NCBI GenBank assembly: GCA_004431415.1
Contig: QPMI01000187.1
Location: forward strand, 1-54,417
Length of the DNA: 54,417 nucleotides
Origin: Cyanophora paradoxa CCMP329
Taxonomy: Eukaryota; Plantae; Glaucophyta
Reading direction: 5' to 3'
Shown here: positions 10,401 to 21,511 of the stretch, one piece after another
Position numbering within the stretch: position 1 is the stretch's first letter
How the letters are laid out: each line of letters opens with the position of its first letter
The notes under the pieces: model-generated
The model's database searches: none
What the model was told of the DNA's origin: nothing
What the model saw: only the letters and a program-made list of their open reading frames with translations
Translations under genes and position numbers: made by a program

Positions 10401-12564
10401 TGGCCGTGCTCGCCACTGTGCGACGCTGCAGAAAGTTTAGGTTTCTGTCCCGGAATACAAAGCCGCGCAAGGATGCGTTACGCGAACTTATCATAAATGC
10501 CGTTGCGCATCCGGGGAGGTCATCGATATTGAGAGCCATTGTGAAATATGCTTTGTCAGTTTTGCCGGTGAGAGGATTGCAAAACCCCACTCTGCTCAAC
10601 GGTATTGAATGATTGAAAGAAAGAGACAGATTATAAGGCATGCAAACCCTTGGCTTTCGGGAGCGGGGACTCCTGGGGCGGCGGCTGGTTGGCAACAAGC
10701 CACGGTGTAAGGAATACGCGGAACATTCCATCGAAGTTTCTCGGCTTCCCATCCATGAGAAAAACAAGGCGTTGCATTGCTGTTCTGAGCGAAACGGGGT
10801 GAGACAAGTGGCGAAAAAGCGGAAAGCGAGATAATGATCACGCACCGCCAATTAGGATGCGCAGACATAGGTATCACAAACACAGGGGTGAAAGAGCCGC
10901 CGTGGGACCTAGAAACACGACATTAGAGTCCAGTTTTCAGAATAAGCTGTAGGTGTGGAAATGACCAGCTGTGCGTCACTGCGGAATCTGTAGAGTATGC
11001 GCACACAACTCCAAGACCGTCCGAAATTCGCACACAGCCCTCCTCGTGAAGAGAAGAGAAAAGTCTTGATTGAACAAAGTCGCCAGTGAGATGTTGGGTT
11101 TCGGATTCTTGCGACCGCAAATAGTAATCTGGAACACGATCGCCCCCAATCTGTATTGCTCGAACGCCGTAACTGGACGCCGTTGTGTAAATTTGATCAG
11201 CCGTGGCCGCACCGACAGAATCGAAATCAACGCACTGGAACCGGGGATAATACGAAGGACTGTTCAGTAGCTGCTGAAAACTCCGGGTCGGATCAAAAAA
11301 GAAGCCCACCACACCATCGGCATAGGTTGAATGGCCACACTCGCAGACTGTATTTGGAGGAACAGTTCCGTCTTCGATCCAGACTGTCTTGCAAATCGCC
11401 ACCTTGTGCTTTGTCTCTTTATACCCACATGTCCTGAAAGTGATGGAAGGCTGAGCAGGGAAATGTTAACGTTTCGAACACGAAAATTGAAAGTGGTTGA
11501 TTATTTACCGCTACGAATTCTTGGATTTCTCTAATCATTCTCTTCCAAGACCCGAGCTGCCTCGTTGCAGTTTGTTGGCCCTCAATGATGAGAGACACAG
11601 CCGCGTTGATTGATGCAAACATCTCAACAGGTGCTTGTGTAAAGCGTTTCTTCAATGCGAGGCAAAAAGTGATGTAATCCATGCGCTAGAGAACAGTTAA
11701 AAAGCCAATACAGCCAATATCAAGCAATGTATTGAATGCTCCAGCACGCACCGACACTTTACAGCCCTCAAAAAGAGGCTCAGAATAAAAATTCTGCCTG
11801 TTGGTAGTGCATTCATCATCTGAGCCGTCGAGCGCTGCGTCCTGATCCGACTCTAGGCCATAATCCACTTGATCCGCCCTAGCTGGGTCTGCACGTATGT
11901 CGTCCGCTTGGCCTTCCTCTGCGGCTGGGTCGTCGAAAGCCTCATGAGCATGATCATCGCCATCGATGCCATCGACGATATTGGATTCATGTCCAGGTTC
12001 ATTGCCGTTTTCTTGAGGACCAATACGATCAGTATATCTACCCAGCCTTCGCAGCATACGAGCGGCTTTATTGTTGACACGTTTGCGCTTCGAATTGGAA
12101 TCTGTTTGTCGCTCGTTGCCTTGAAGTGCTGCCGGGGCTGCTAATCGTCGTCTTCTTAGTGCCGCTCGAACCGAAATTGTCGGGATCGGTACGTCAAGAA
12201 CTTCGGCTACGAAAGGAACGAAATCGCTTACAGGAGCTCTCCGGGCAGCTTGCTCTACTAGACTGGATCCATATTTGTCTAGGTGCAAATGTATCCTTTG
12301 CACCCAAGACGAGACGCGCTTTCCATTGCAGCGCGAGCAAGGGCACTCGACTTGCCGATCGCTGCTACTGAATCCGGTGTGCGCTAGCAGTTGATGTGCA
12401 TTGAAAACCTCAGGACGCACTAACTTGCCTTGACACTTCTGACATTCGCACCGCAGTCGCTCTGACCGCTGCATGGCGTGGTTCGCACCGCTGCTCCAGG
12501 TTCTTCCCCCCCCGGGGGGTACACGGCGCAGTTTGAAAACATCGGCGTGGAGCATCTCGACCAT
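7493..12564 (-). CDS. CMC/EnSpm (CACTA-type) DDE transposase, multi-exon, divergent; may carry frameshifts
   Basis: Motifs in canonical order: two N-terminal CxCxxC knuckles (CECQKC, CPCSRC), acidic linker, EPLFEGCKVS, CECGH...FFFDP..FQQLL, first Asp YSTDSA (~10985), SFTPVFVIPMSAHPNWR (equivalent of S-WP-LPP-R), second Asp LNIDDLPG (~10520), spliced ADGH (DxxH equivalent), GPAPAVSSRGTERG (GP...ER Glu, ~8855), and C-terminal RRYARARGLFEF. Confidence 0.75.
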
Positions 12565-12744
12565 CCGTAAGCATCTTGAGCTCTTCTGAGTGTGCTTAGT
12601 CTTGCTGTAGTGCGATCGGAGTTTTCCGAAGCCCGGTACAGCGACGCGATGAGATGCGCACCTAGGCGATGAGATGCGCTCCTAGGCAGCAATGAGACAG
12701 CAACAGAATGTCACTTAGCGCTGTTCGCAGAGTTGACTGCCCCA

Positions 12745-15700
12745 ATGGCCAGCCCGCGGCCGCCAGTGAGCACTAGTGGCGTGCATGCGTTACCGGCGAC
12801 CCCAGGGAAGCTAGCGGTGCAAATGGTGCGCATGCTTGTACTATGGTGCGCTTTTCCGCGGTACCAAGCCTGCGCAGTAATCGTAGCACGAAAAGCAAAT
12901 GTCTTCAAGTGGAGGACTGCGTTGTTCAATGAGCTCCACAAGGTCTATGTGTACGCGTACGCTGTGGATATGCCGCTGTTGCAATCGTTTCATTAGCTCC
13001 ACAGAGATTGTGGACGTGCAGAACCTCCGGCCGTGCACATGAACTATGATACGACAACGTGCGCCCACGTTAGGTTCCCTTCTATGCAATCGTCGCAATT
13101 AGACCAACGGGCGTGGTTCCAATCAGGTTTTTTAACGTCGAACGAGCTTTTCTAGCTGCAGTCGAAGAAGCCAACGAAGTGTTACCGATATCGAGCAAAA
13201 TTGTCATTCCGCCTGTTCTCGGAGACGCGATGAAGAGCGTAAGAGAGCTTCATGCTGCTGCTCAGGAGGTTCGCGACATCGATCTACGCTTGGCCTCAAT
13301 CACGTGCGCATTCATTTTGCAAATACGAAGCTGTGTTGCGAAAGGTTGATTCCCTGTACAGCTCCTGTGACTTGCTGGCAGACGATGTTGATATTGATCC
13401 TTCAAATTTTGATGCTCTTCTGGCAGAAAATCAAGAAGCGGCGAGGAGATGCACTCTGGCCAGAAATACTTGCGTTGAATGTACGCAGTCTTACTCGTCC
13501 CCGCTAGTATAACAGCTTACACTACATGTGCAGCTATTGGAAAGGTCCCGAACTGTGGAAACCGAAGCAAAGGCGGAGAACCCGTTCCAGTTCCAGCGGT
13601 GTGCATGCATCCCAGCGCTTTATGGACTTGACAGCCGATGCTAAGAGCTCTCCTCACATGTTCAGGCCGGAAACTCCTCTGGCGGCCGCTTCAAAACGGT
13701 GTTCTTCAGCAATTCGAGCGTTCGAATGCTGATGCCCGAGTGCTGAAACCTTTGCCGTTGCTGTTGCTTTCAGGCAGCAACCGTCTCTGGCGAAAATATT
13801 CCAGCGGCAGTTCCTTCGTTGAAGGTGATTTCCCGTTGTTTCACCATTCGAATATCGATGCTGCCCGGTCCTGAAAATCTGGTCGGTGCTTTGCCCTCAG
13901 ACTGCTGATAAAGGAGGTCCTCTGAAGGTGCTGTCTTTCTTTGTGTCTGCAATTTCTTCTTCACCGGTTACGCCTCTGATTTTGTGGAAGCCGATGACGC
14001 TTTTGGCGAACGCTGCTTCCCTTGCTCGAAATGTGGTCCTGCTGTTGTGTATTGCTATCGCAAACTGATGGGAAGCGCAGATTCTGAAGAATCAGAGCGT
14101 GAATACAGTCGGCAGATCGACGACAGCAATCCTTCAGAAGAACGATGAGAACAAAAACGATGGATCCGACCGCGAGGGGTCGGAGAAGGAGAACTCATAC
14201 GCGGGTCTCGCTGCGCACCGCCTTTCGGGCGGTCGCAGTAACGCCAATGCGTGGGGTGAACTCGATTGCTGTTTGCAATCGCACGTTGAAGAACTTACGC
14301 TCTCACAAACAGCATCGGTTCTCAGGCAGCCTGCGAACGATCCAGAGGAGCTTTGGCCTCTTCAAGTACAGACTCTTGTCGACGATATCATGAGAGTCTT
14401 TGGTGCGTTTTTCGAATTACACACGCACATGATCAAAACATGACCAACATACGTGCGCATGACAAAAAACAATCAGACGTCTCGAACACGATCTTCGGCG
14501 GCCGTCCACAAGTCCCTGTAGACTTCAAGGCAACGCTGGAGGCTTCAGTGCGGCTTCTGATTGGGACCGTTGAATATCAGAGCCGCAGACACCAGTCATC
14601 CGCGATGGCTGTTCGCTTTCTTCATGTCCTTATGACCGGATTCATTTTTTTTGATGAAATCCGTGTCGGCAGCGTGAAGCTCTTCTTGCACTCTTCGCGA
14701 AGCTCCGAGAAAACAGCTACGACACTGCGCTTCCTGTGGGCGTTGATTGCGTGGCCATCACGCATGGTTCGGATTTGCATTCACCATTCAGTTCAGATTT
14801 CCATTCAGTTTCCATTGCAAAACGCCCAACCACGCTCAGGTTTCTCTTTCCTCGGAAGGCGCGACGAAAAGAATCCACGAGTCTTCATTCACAATGCTCG
14901 GTCTCCTTTTATTCGTATCAATTTTATGGTATATCTTCAGGCCATTTGGGACGCACTTGGGCAACCCATTTGGCTTGAGATGAAAACATCGTACAGCAGT
15001 GCGAATCGCTTTTTCGGAATATGATATCTTTTTAAATTCCGATGGTCCGCTACAGAGCTGATTCAACGCATCCTTCTCGCCCTCAAGTACACCTGTTGCA
15101 CAATGACAGCAAACGGCGTTTATCCTGAAGGAGTTCCAGACGGAAATCCAGCACCGGTTCATATCTTTGTTTTCCTCATCATCATCATTCACCGACATAC
15201 CACGTCAGGAGCCGTTCACGGAAAAGGTTGTGACGGAATGGCTAAAGGGTCACGTTAGATATCTTGTTCAAAGTCGCACCACGGAATGGAGGACTACTGT
15301 GGCTGTGTGCCAGCCATTATCTTAAATGTGCTGTCCACGGTTTTCTCATTCTTGCGACAGAACGGCGCAACCTTGTATAATGGCCCGAAAAAGATGAAAC
15401 GCATGCAGAAACGAGAAGTCGAGCGGGCAAAAGAGGTTGATAAGTTCTCTAAGCAAATCATCAGCCCGGAGACTTCAGTACTTGTTGTTCATTTTTCGAT
15501 ATCTTGACGTACCTGATTTCGTTTCGCAGTGAATCCGTTCCTTGCTGCACCGGAAGCGATTCCTAACAGTCTGATGCGCTTCAACAAGTTCGAGCTGGTG
15601 GACTTGATGCACGTTGGGGCTCCGAATGCGACAGCCGAGATAGTCGGGACAGGGTTGTACGTCGGCCGTGTGGATTTATCATTCGTCAATCCGCAGCTTG

Positions 15701-16660
15701 TACGGGCCAACCTGTTTGAATTGGAGGAGGTGCATGCGTTGAATACTACCTTATGAGCGCCAGTAATCGTGTTCTCGTGACGAGGCCCTTTGCGATGCCG
15801 TACAGAGCGCCCACGATCTGGTTGTCGTGACATCTGTTTGTCCAACTTGGGTTCAGAAACAGATTCCATACTTCTACATGAAGAAAGGCGTCGCAAAAGA
15901 GATCGCGGTGCAGATGGTCAGTCAGAATTCTTGGATTGTGTGCAGCACGTGGAACCGGACTGATTGACGCCGCGCAGGTTGTAAGTCACGTAGTCTTTCC
16001 AAGATGGTTTTCGTTGCTACTTTGATGACTGCGGTCCCGGTGCAGCCGAACATGCAAGTGGCGAACGGAGCGAAACGAGCGATTTTCTGGGCAGGAAATC
16101 TTCTTCAAAAGAGCACTGCTAACACGAGTGCATCCGAGCCAACATCTGGCCTGCTTCTGATGCATCACGTCCGTTATATCTTAATTGTATCGATCCCATT
16201 AATCGAATCGATCCACCGATGCAGGAGGAGCTCGAGTCCGAAGCAAATAGTGCCGTCGCCTCCAAAAAGCCGAGGATCAAGGCATCTGCAGCTGGTGCCG
16301 GGAACAAGCATGCTGGTGCCGGGAACAAGCATGCTGGCGCGGCCAGCAAGGGGAAACAAGGAGGGGAGGAGGAAGGAGGGCTCGAAGAGATCAGTGAGCA
16401 ATTTTTCTTCGGTCGTGTCAATCGACATATTTACATAAATGCTGCTCATAATTTGCGTGTCATTAATGAACCAATGAATAGGGATCAGGACGATGATGGT
16501 GACGAAGCCTCTGTGAAAAACGTGTGCCCTCTGTCAATTTCTCTTCACACGCTGTCTTTGCTCTTCATCCCTTCTTTCCATCTATCTAGATGTTCATGCA
16601 AAAGCGTGCCTGCACATTGCTCTCGCGCTTGCGTTTTTGCAGATAACAACACCATCAGAG
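12745..16660 (+). CDS. Hypothetical multi-exon protein transcribed divergently from the transposase (candidate second ORF of the element)
   Basis: Protein-like exons (FFNVERAFLAAVEEANEVLP..., ELWPLQVQTLVDDIMRVFGAFFELH, NPFLAAPEAIPNSLMRFNKFELVDL...) with GT..AG introns, head-to-head with the transposase. No motif recognised. Confidence 0.4.
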
Positions 16661-16675
16661 CCATTTTGACAGAGC

Positions 16676-17356
16676 CAGGTCCGGAACCCGGCAACCTGAC
16701 CGGTGCAGCTAGGTGTTCGAGATGGACGGCGTACGCCCGGGCCTCTGCAGAGAGAGGAAGTCGACTGCAAAGAGAGGAAGTCGACACGTGCACGGGCAGG
16801 TCCGGAACCCGGCAACCTGACCGGTGCAGCTAGGTGTTCGAGATGGAGGGCGTACGCCCGGGCCTCTGCAAAGAGAGGAAGTCGACACGTGCACAGGCAG
16901 GTCCGGAACCCGGCAACCTGACCGGTGCAGCTAGGTGTTCGAGATGGACGGCGTACGCCCGGGCCTCTGCAAAGAGAAGAGGAAGTCGACACGTGCACGG
17001 GCAGGTCCGGAACCCGGCAACCTGACCGGTGCAGCTAGGTGTTCGAGATGGACGGCGTACGCCCGGGCCTCTGCAAAGAGAGGAAGTCGACACGTGCACA
17101 GGCAGGTCCGGAACCGGCAACCTGACCGGTGCAGCTAGGTGTTCGAGATGGACGGCGTACGCCCGGGCCTCTGCAAAGAGAGGAAGTCGACACGTGCACG
17201 GGCAGGTCCGGAACCCGGCAACCTGACCGGTGCAGCTAGGTGTTCGAGATGGACGGCGTACGCCCGGGCCTCTGCAAAGAGAGGAAGTCGACACGTGCAC
17301 GGGCAGGTCCGGAACCCGGCAACCTGACCGGTGCAGCTAGGTGTTCGAGATGGACG
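16676..17356. repeat. Tandem array of ~101-bp units, ~6.5 copies
   Basis: Unit caggtccggaacccggcaacctgaccggtgcagctaggtgttcgagatggacggcgtacgcccgggcctctgcaaagagaggaagtcgacacgtgcacggg starts at 16676, 16797, 16898, 17002, 17103, 17203 and 17304. Confidence 0.95.
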
Positions 17357-17628
17357 CAGTCGCTCAAGTCACATTTGCGAATTCACTTGCGTCTCAATTG
17401 CCGCTTTGCGCTTTTGCTTTGCGAGCGTTTTGCACTTCTTATTTTGTCATGCGGTTTTCGAGGGTTCTCTTTCGGGATTTTCTCTTTCGGGGGGGGGGGG
17501 GGGGGGGGGGGGCTGATCACGATTCGCTGAATTCCAGTTCGACATTGGCGGTGTGGGTGAAACTTGCCGGCTGCATATGTCTGCTTATTGACTTGCATAT
17601 GCCGCTTATTGACTTGCATATGCCGCAG

Positions 17629-19022
17629 ATGGAGGCTCCGAAAGCCAAGCGAAGCAAGACGGAAGACCAGCGAATCCGTCGCGATGTGCTAGCTGCTCTC
17701 AAGCTCAAAGACGAGTTGGAATTCGACTCTCAGAAAGTGCACAACGAGGCGAATGGGGAGCGGAATCAGCGGGTCCTCGTCAAACTCCCCGTTTCAGCCG
17801 CCCGCCGCCAGCCGGGATCTCCGGGATCTGGATCTGGAAAAGTGCACGAGGCCGAGCCCCCTTCTGGTCAGAAGACGCTATTCGTACTGAACTCCGGCTG
17901 GAGTACAAACTCGAGGAACGGACCCCTGGCGGCGTTCTCGTTACGCACTGGGAGAAGACCGAGAAAGGCTTCCTTGTTCCCGCTTTCCTCGGATTCCGCA
18001 CGAAGCCAGGCCATTTCATGTTTGGGGGTCGTGCGCCATTCAATTGTTGTCTTTCTCGCAATCAAGCATTATGTTTATGATTTTCCAATGCAGGTACGCG
18101 CCATGCTTGCAAGAATACGATCTTCAAGAGTATCCATCCTACGGAAGTGTATACTCCTCTGAAAGACACAGTCGCGGATCAGGATATGATGTGATTGCGC
18201 ATCAATAATGCAAAATCCGCGACATGTTTGACGTCTTTTGTTCAGGGCATACTGGCTTGGAGTTTCGCCGACGCCACCGACTTTGGTCGCTGATAAGCTC
18301 GGATTCGGCTCAAGCAACAAGCTGCACGATTTGCTGGCAAAGAGTCGCAGTGACGTGGTAAGAAGTATATGAAAATACTGGACGGCTAGCACTTTGACTC
18401 ATGATTCCGTAGATTCATGTGCCTGGTGACTGGGTCATTGAGCAATGGGTGTACCGCGACGCCTTTGAAGCCGAAAAGGAAGAGCGGAAGGACAAGAGGC
18501 AGCTGGAGGAGGAAGAGATGAGAGCAAAGTCGAACGCAGCCAGCCAAGACAGTCAGAATTCGAATGATGAGGACATGAAGAAGCTTCAGGCTGAGCAGGC
18601 CGAGCAGCAATCTCGGCATCGACAGAACGAGGCTGATGAGGCAGAGATCGCGCGCCGATTTGAAGCCGATTCTTCGCTCCATCGCGTTCAGAATCCCGAG
18701 TTCGAAAGAGCGACTGCCGATTACGGTCGCTTCTTCAAGGACGCTAATGTCCGTCTCCTGGTTCGTTCATTCTTTAACTCTCCTCTCCTTGTGTCGCTGC
18801 TGCAACATCATGATGCAGGAGGAGACTGCAATGGACGTGACACTTCAGCAAGGATCTTCATCACGTTCAGAGCCACTGGACCTGCTGGTCACACTTGCCA
18901 CAGGGAAATCAGCTGCAGCAGTGGCATCAAATATTCCTGATGGGGATGAGTCCGGCTTGTCGTCGGACGAGGAGGAGATGACTACGCACCGCAGCCAGGT
19001 TGGTGGAGATGAGCTTGATTAA
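17629..19022 (+). CDS. Hypothetical multi-exon protein with a charged coiled-coil and acidic tail; may continue the 12745 gene
   Basis: Exons MEAPKAKRSKTEDQRIRRDVLAALK..., WVYRDAFEAEKEERKDKRQLEEEE..., and ...GLSSDEEEMTTHRSQVGGDELD-stop at 19022. Confidence 0.45.
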
Positions 19023-19257
19023 TGACCTGCCAGGCTGGTGCGCATCCCGCCAGTCCGCATGCGCACGCAAATAAGAAGAATTCCGTCCCAGCTGCAGATT
19101 TCAGGAATACGAAGCATTCATCAAACCGATTAGCTAGCTCTAGGATAGAGCTCGCGCGCAGTATCGCTTGAAGATGGGCTGCTATAGATAGCTTTTACAG
19201 AAAAAATAAAAAAAAGCAAAAAAAACGTAAAAAAGTGAACCGCTGCACCGAAACCAA

Positions 19258-19456
19258 CATTACCTCGGCGAGTTTACCCCGACGTCTTTACCTCGCCAAC
19301 TTTACCTCGGCGAGTTTACACCGACGTCTTTACCCCGCTTTTCACAACTTTACCACCCTGACTTTACCCCGGCGACTTTACCCTGGTGACTTTACAGTGG
19401 TGTAACGCAAACAGCACAACTTTACCACACCCTAAGTTTACCATATGGTAAACTTA
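19258..19456. repeat. Array of TTTAC(C) motifs with ~14-bp period, ending in a perfect 24-bp palindrome (19433-19456)
   Basis: cattacctcggcgag/tttaccccgacgtc/tttacctcgccaac/tttacctcggcgag/tttacaccgacgtc... then taagtttaccat|atggtaaactta. Confidence 0.9.
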
Positions 19457-19873
19457 ATTTCTGGCTCCCAGTGTTACCAGCGCTTTGAACTGCTTACTTT
19501 GCTGCTTTTCCACATTCTTCTGGGAACGAGCGGAACGTTTAGCCTTCTTATTCTGCTTGCGATCAAAACGCTCCGCTCTTTTGGCTTGCTTCCTCTCCTC
19601 TCTGGTTCTCCCTTGGGGCCTCTCAGCATCAATGTTTCCCAACCTATCGAATTCATCATTAAATCTCTGCACCCTTTCATTCGGTCTGAGAATTCCTTCA
19701 AGAGTTTCTTCAAGATCCAATAACTTCTGCTCTCTCGGTCTCTTGAAGGCTATCTCATGAAGGAAATAGTTAAACTGCTCTTCTGTGAGCAGGTCATTTG
19801 CATATCCATAGGATAAACTACCAAGGAACTTTGTCTTGCGCTTCTTCAATCTTAGATTTGAAGGACGAGGCAT
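19454..19873 (-). CDS. Basic K/R-rich viral protein, 139 aa from MPRPSNLRLKK; candidate core or DNA-binding protein
   Basis: Intronless ORF. ATG at 19873 follows an A-rich leader. C-terminus is strongly basic (RKQNKKAKRSARSQKN). Confidence 0.6.
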   Translation of the reverse strand: MPRPSNLRLKKRKTKFLGSLSYGYANDLLTEEQFNYFLHEIAFKRPREQKLLDLEETLEGILRPNERVQRFNDEFDRLGNIDAERPQGRTREERKQAKRAERFDRKQNKKAKRSARSQKNVEKQQSKQFKALVTLGARN

Positions 19874-20124
19874 TTCTTTGTTCACTGTTCTTATTCTATA
19901 CTTACAATTTTTTTCTTTAAATACTTTTATACTCGAATCAAATTTTGTCGGCAAAACCAAAAGTATCGAACAATAAAAATTCAGCGGAGAACTGAGATTC
20001 GAAAAAAATAAAGAAGGGTCGAAAAATGAGCAATACATGCGGCTAACGAGCCTCTTTTGATTGAGTATTATTTGAGCGCGATTACCGCATTGTTTCTCAG
20101 AGCAAGCGCGCTGAGAAAAATGAT

Positions 20125-20379
20125 TCATACATACTTTGACTTGCGTCCACGGTTTGAGTACGGAACTCCATACAAGTATTTGATGAAGCAAATGGCATTA
20201 GCGGTATACTGGCGCTGCGAACTGTCAACGAGTCGCATAGCTCTGAAACATTCATCAGTGTGATACAAGTCACGCATTTGCTTTGCCAATCTCTCATTGA
20301 ATTTCTTCAGGTATTCCTGTCCTTTTTCGGTTTTGCGGTAGCGGTAAATAGCCCTCTTCTGAGCCTCACTGACTGGCAT
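20125..20379 (-). CDS. Small basic viral protein (84 aa), candidate DNA-binding regulator
   Basis: The N-terminus MPVSEAQKRAIYRYRKTEKG resembles the SEAQKRA-type basic helix seen in small phage and viral proteins. AT-rich leader. Confidence 0.6.
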   Translation of the reverse strand: MPVSEAQKRAIYRYRKTEKGQEYLKKFNERLAKQMRDLYHTDECFRAMRLVDSSQRQYTANAICFIKYLYGVPYSNRGRKSKYV

Positions 20380-20698
20380 TTTCGCTCTTCTTCTTTTAAT
20401 ATAGGCTGAGAAATCTTTAAATGGTTTTCCTTGTCAGTATATACTTTTTTCAAGAACCCAATCAAATTTTGGTCCCAATCGCAGAGCATCCAGTTCGAAA
20501 GAAAATGCTGGAAAATGATAAAGCCACCGATACCCAAAAGGTTCACTTGTCGGCTGCAAGTTTCTACCACTGAACCCGGTAGAACGGGTGATGAAAGTGA
20601 TTAACCTATGGATAGTCACTTCGCTCTACAACGCCTCCATAAAAATGAAGAAGTTTTGAGCCTACGGGATAGGATTGGTTACGTAGCGCTAACAATAT

Positions 20699-21475
20699 TC
20701 AAGATTTTTTTATTCCGAAATGATCCTTAACGGCGATATCCAGGTTTAATACCGAGCTTGGCAAACCCTGAGACCATTGGGCAGCATTTGGAATCGAGTT
20801 GACTGGATCAGCCTGCGAAGTGGCAACCCGGAGGATCGATTTATTGAGGACCGGCAAATCCGTTTTGTTGGACTCTTGATAATCGATGGTCTTTGCAATC
20901 AATTCGGCTGGTGATTCTTTCACGATATGAACAGGTTCAGGGATGACTTCATGGGTTACTTCTGGTTTCTTCTCCACCTTTTCCTTTGTGATTAGCTGTT
21001 CCTTGATCCTGTTTTCGTTTTTGGTCTCTGCTGCAATGCCATCAACAAGACTCTTAGCATACTGGTATGTCACAGATTTCAGTCCACCAGTGGTTGAACG
21101 AATAAAGTAGCGGTTGCGATGGTCTTTCTCGGAATAGGTTGAGTAGAGTCGCTCACCACCATCAAGCAGTTTCAGCAGTGTTGATGATGAGGCAACCTTG
21201 TCCTTTGTCGATGATTTGAACTGTCCTTTCTTGATTCCTCGTTTGGCTCCAGGCATGCGGTTCAGTGGGACTTGGTCAACCAGGGCATTATCATCATTTG
21301 AGTTTGAAGTAAGCGCGATTGTGTGAGCATTCATGGTTTGGTGAACATTTTTATCGAGATCACCAGTTCCATATGCAGCGGTTCCTTTTGATTTCTTAAA
21401 CTGTTTCCGTTCTGGTTCTGCTTGCTCAACTGGTTTGGCTAAGAAATTCTTTGGCTGGGTCTTTCGAGTTGCCAT
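20699..21475 (-). CDS. Hypothetical viral protein (258 aa, Lys-rich)
   Basis: Clean intronless ORF 36 bp downstream of the penton gene, in the same orientation. Confidence 0.7.
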   Translation of the reverse strand: MATRKTQPKNFLAKPVEQAEPERKQFKKSKGTAAYGTGDLDKNVHQTMNAHTIALTSNSNDDNALVDQVPLNRMPGAKRGIKKGQFKSSTKDKVASSSTLLKLLDGGERLYSTYSEKDHRNRYFIRSTTGGLKSVTYQYAKSLVDGIAAETKNENRIKEQLITKEKVEKKPEVTHEVIPEPVHIVKESPAELIAKTIDYQESNKTDLPVLNKSILRVATSQADPVNSIPNAAQWSQGLPSSVLNLDIAVKDHFGIKKS

Positions 21476-21511
21476 TTGTAATATCGAGACAAATTTATTC
21501 TACAGTATTTC

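Noticed and set aside
16676-17356. CRISPR array
   Set aside because: Units are near-identical along their whole length with no unique spacers, the context is eukaryotic, and there are no cas genes.
17488-17512. Long poly-G run (and similar G/C runs in host introns) as a specific element
   Set aside because: Homopolymers are pervasive in this window and their lengths are unreliable in assemblies. There is no independent support.
19258-19456. Mini-CRISPR or telomeric repeat
   Set aside because: The constant part is only 5-6 bp with ~8-bp spacers that themselves recur, and it is not a contiguous telomere-type repeat.
19874-20191. N-terminal 106 aa of the listed 245-aa ORF 19454-20191
   Set aside because: It starts at a non-ATG codon, overlaps the 84-aa ORF and crosses AT-rich intergenic-like sequence. 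The ATG at 19873 is more plausible.
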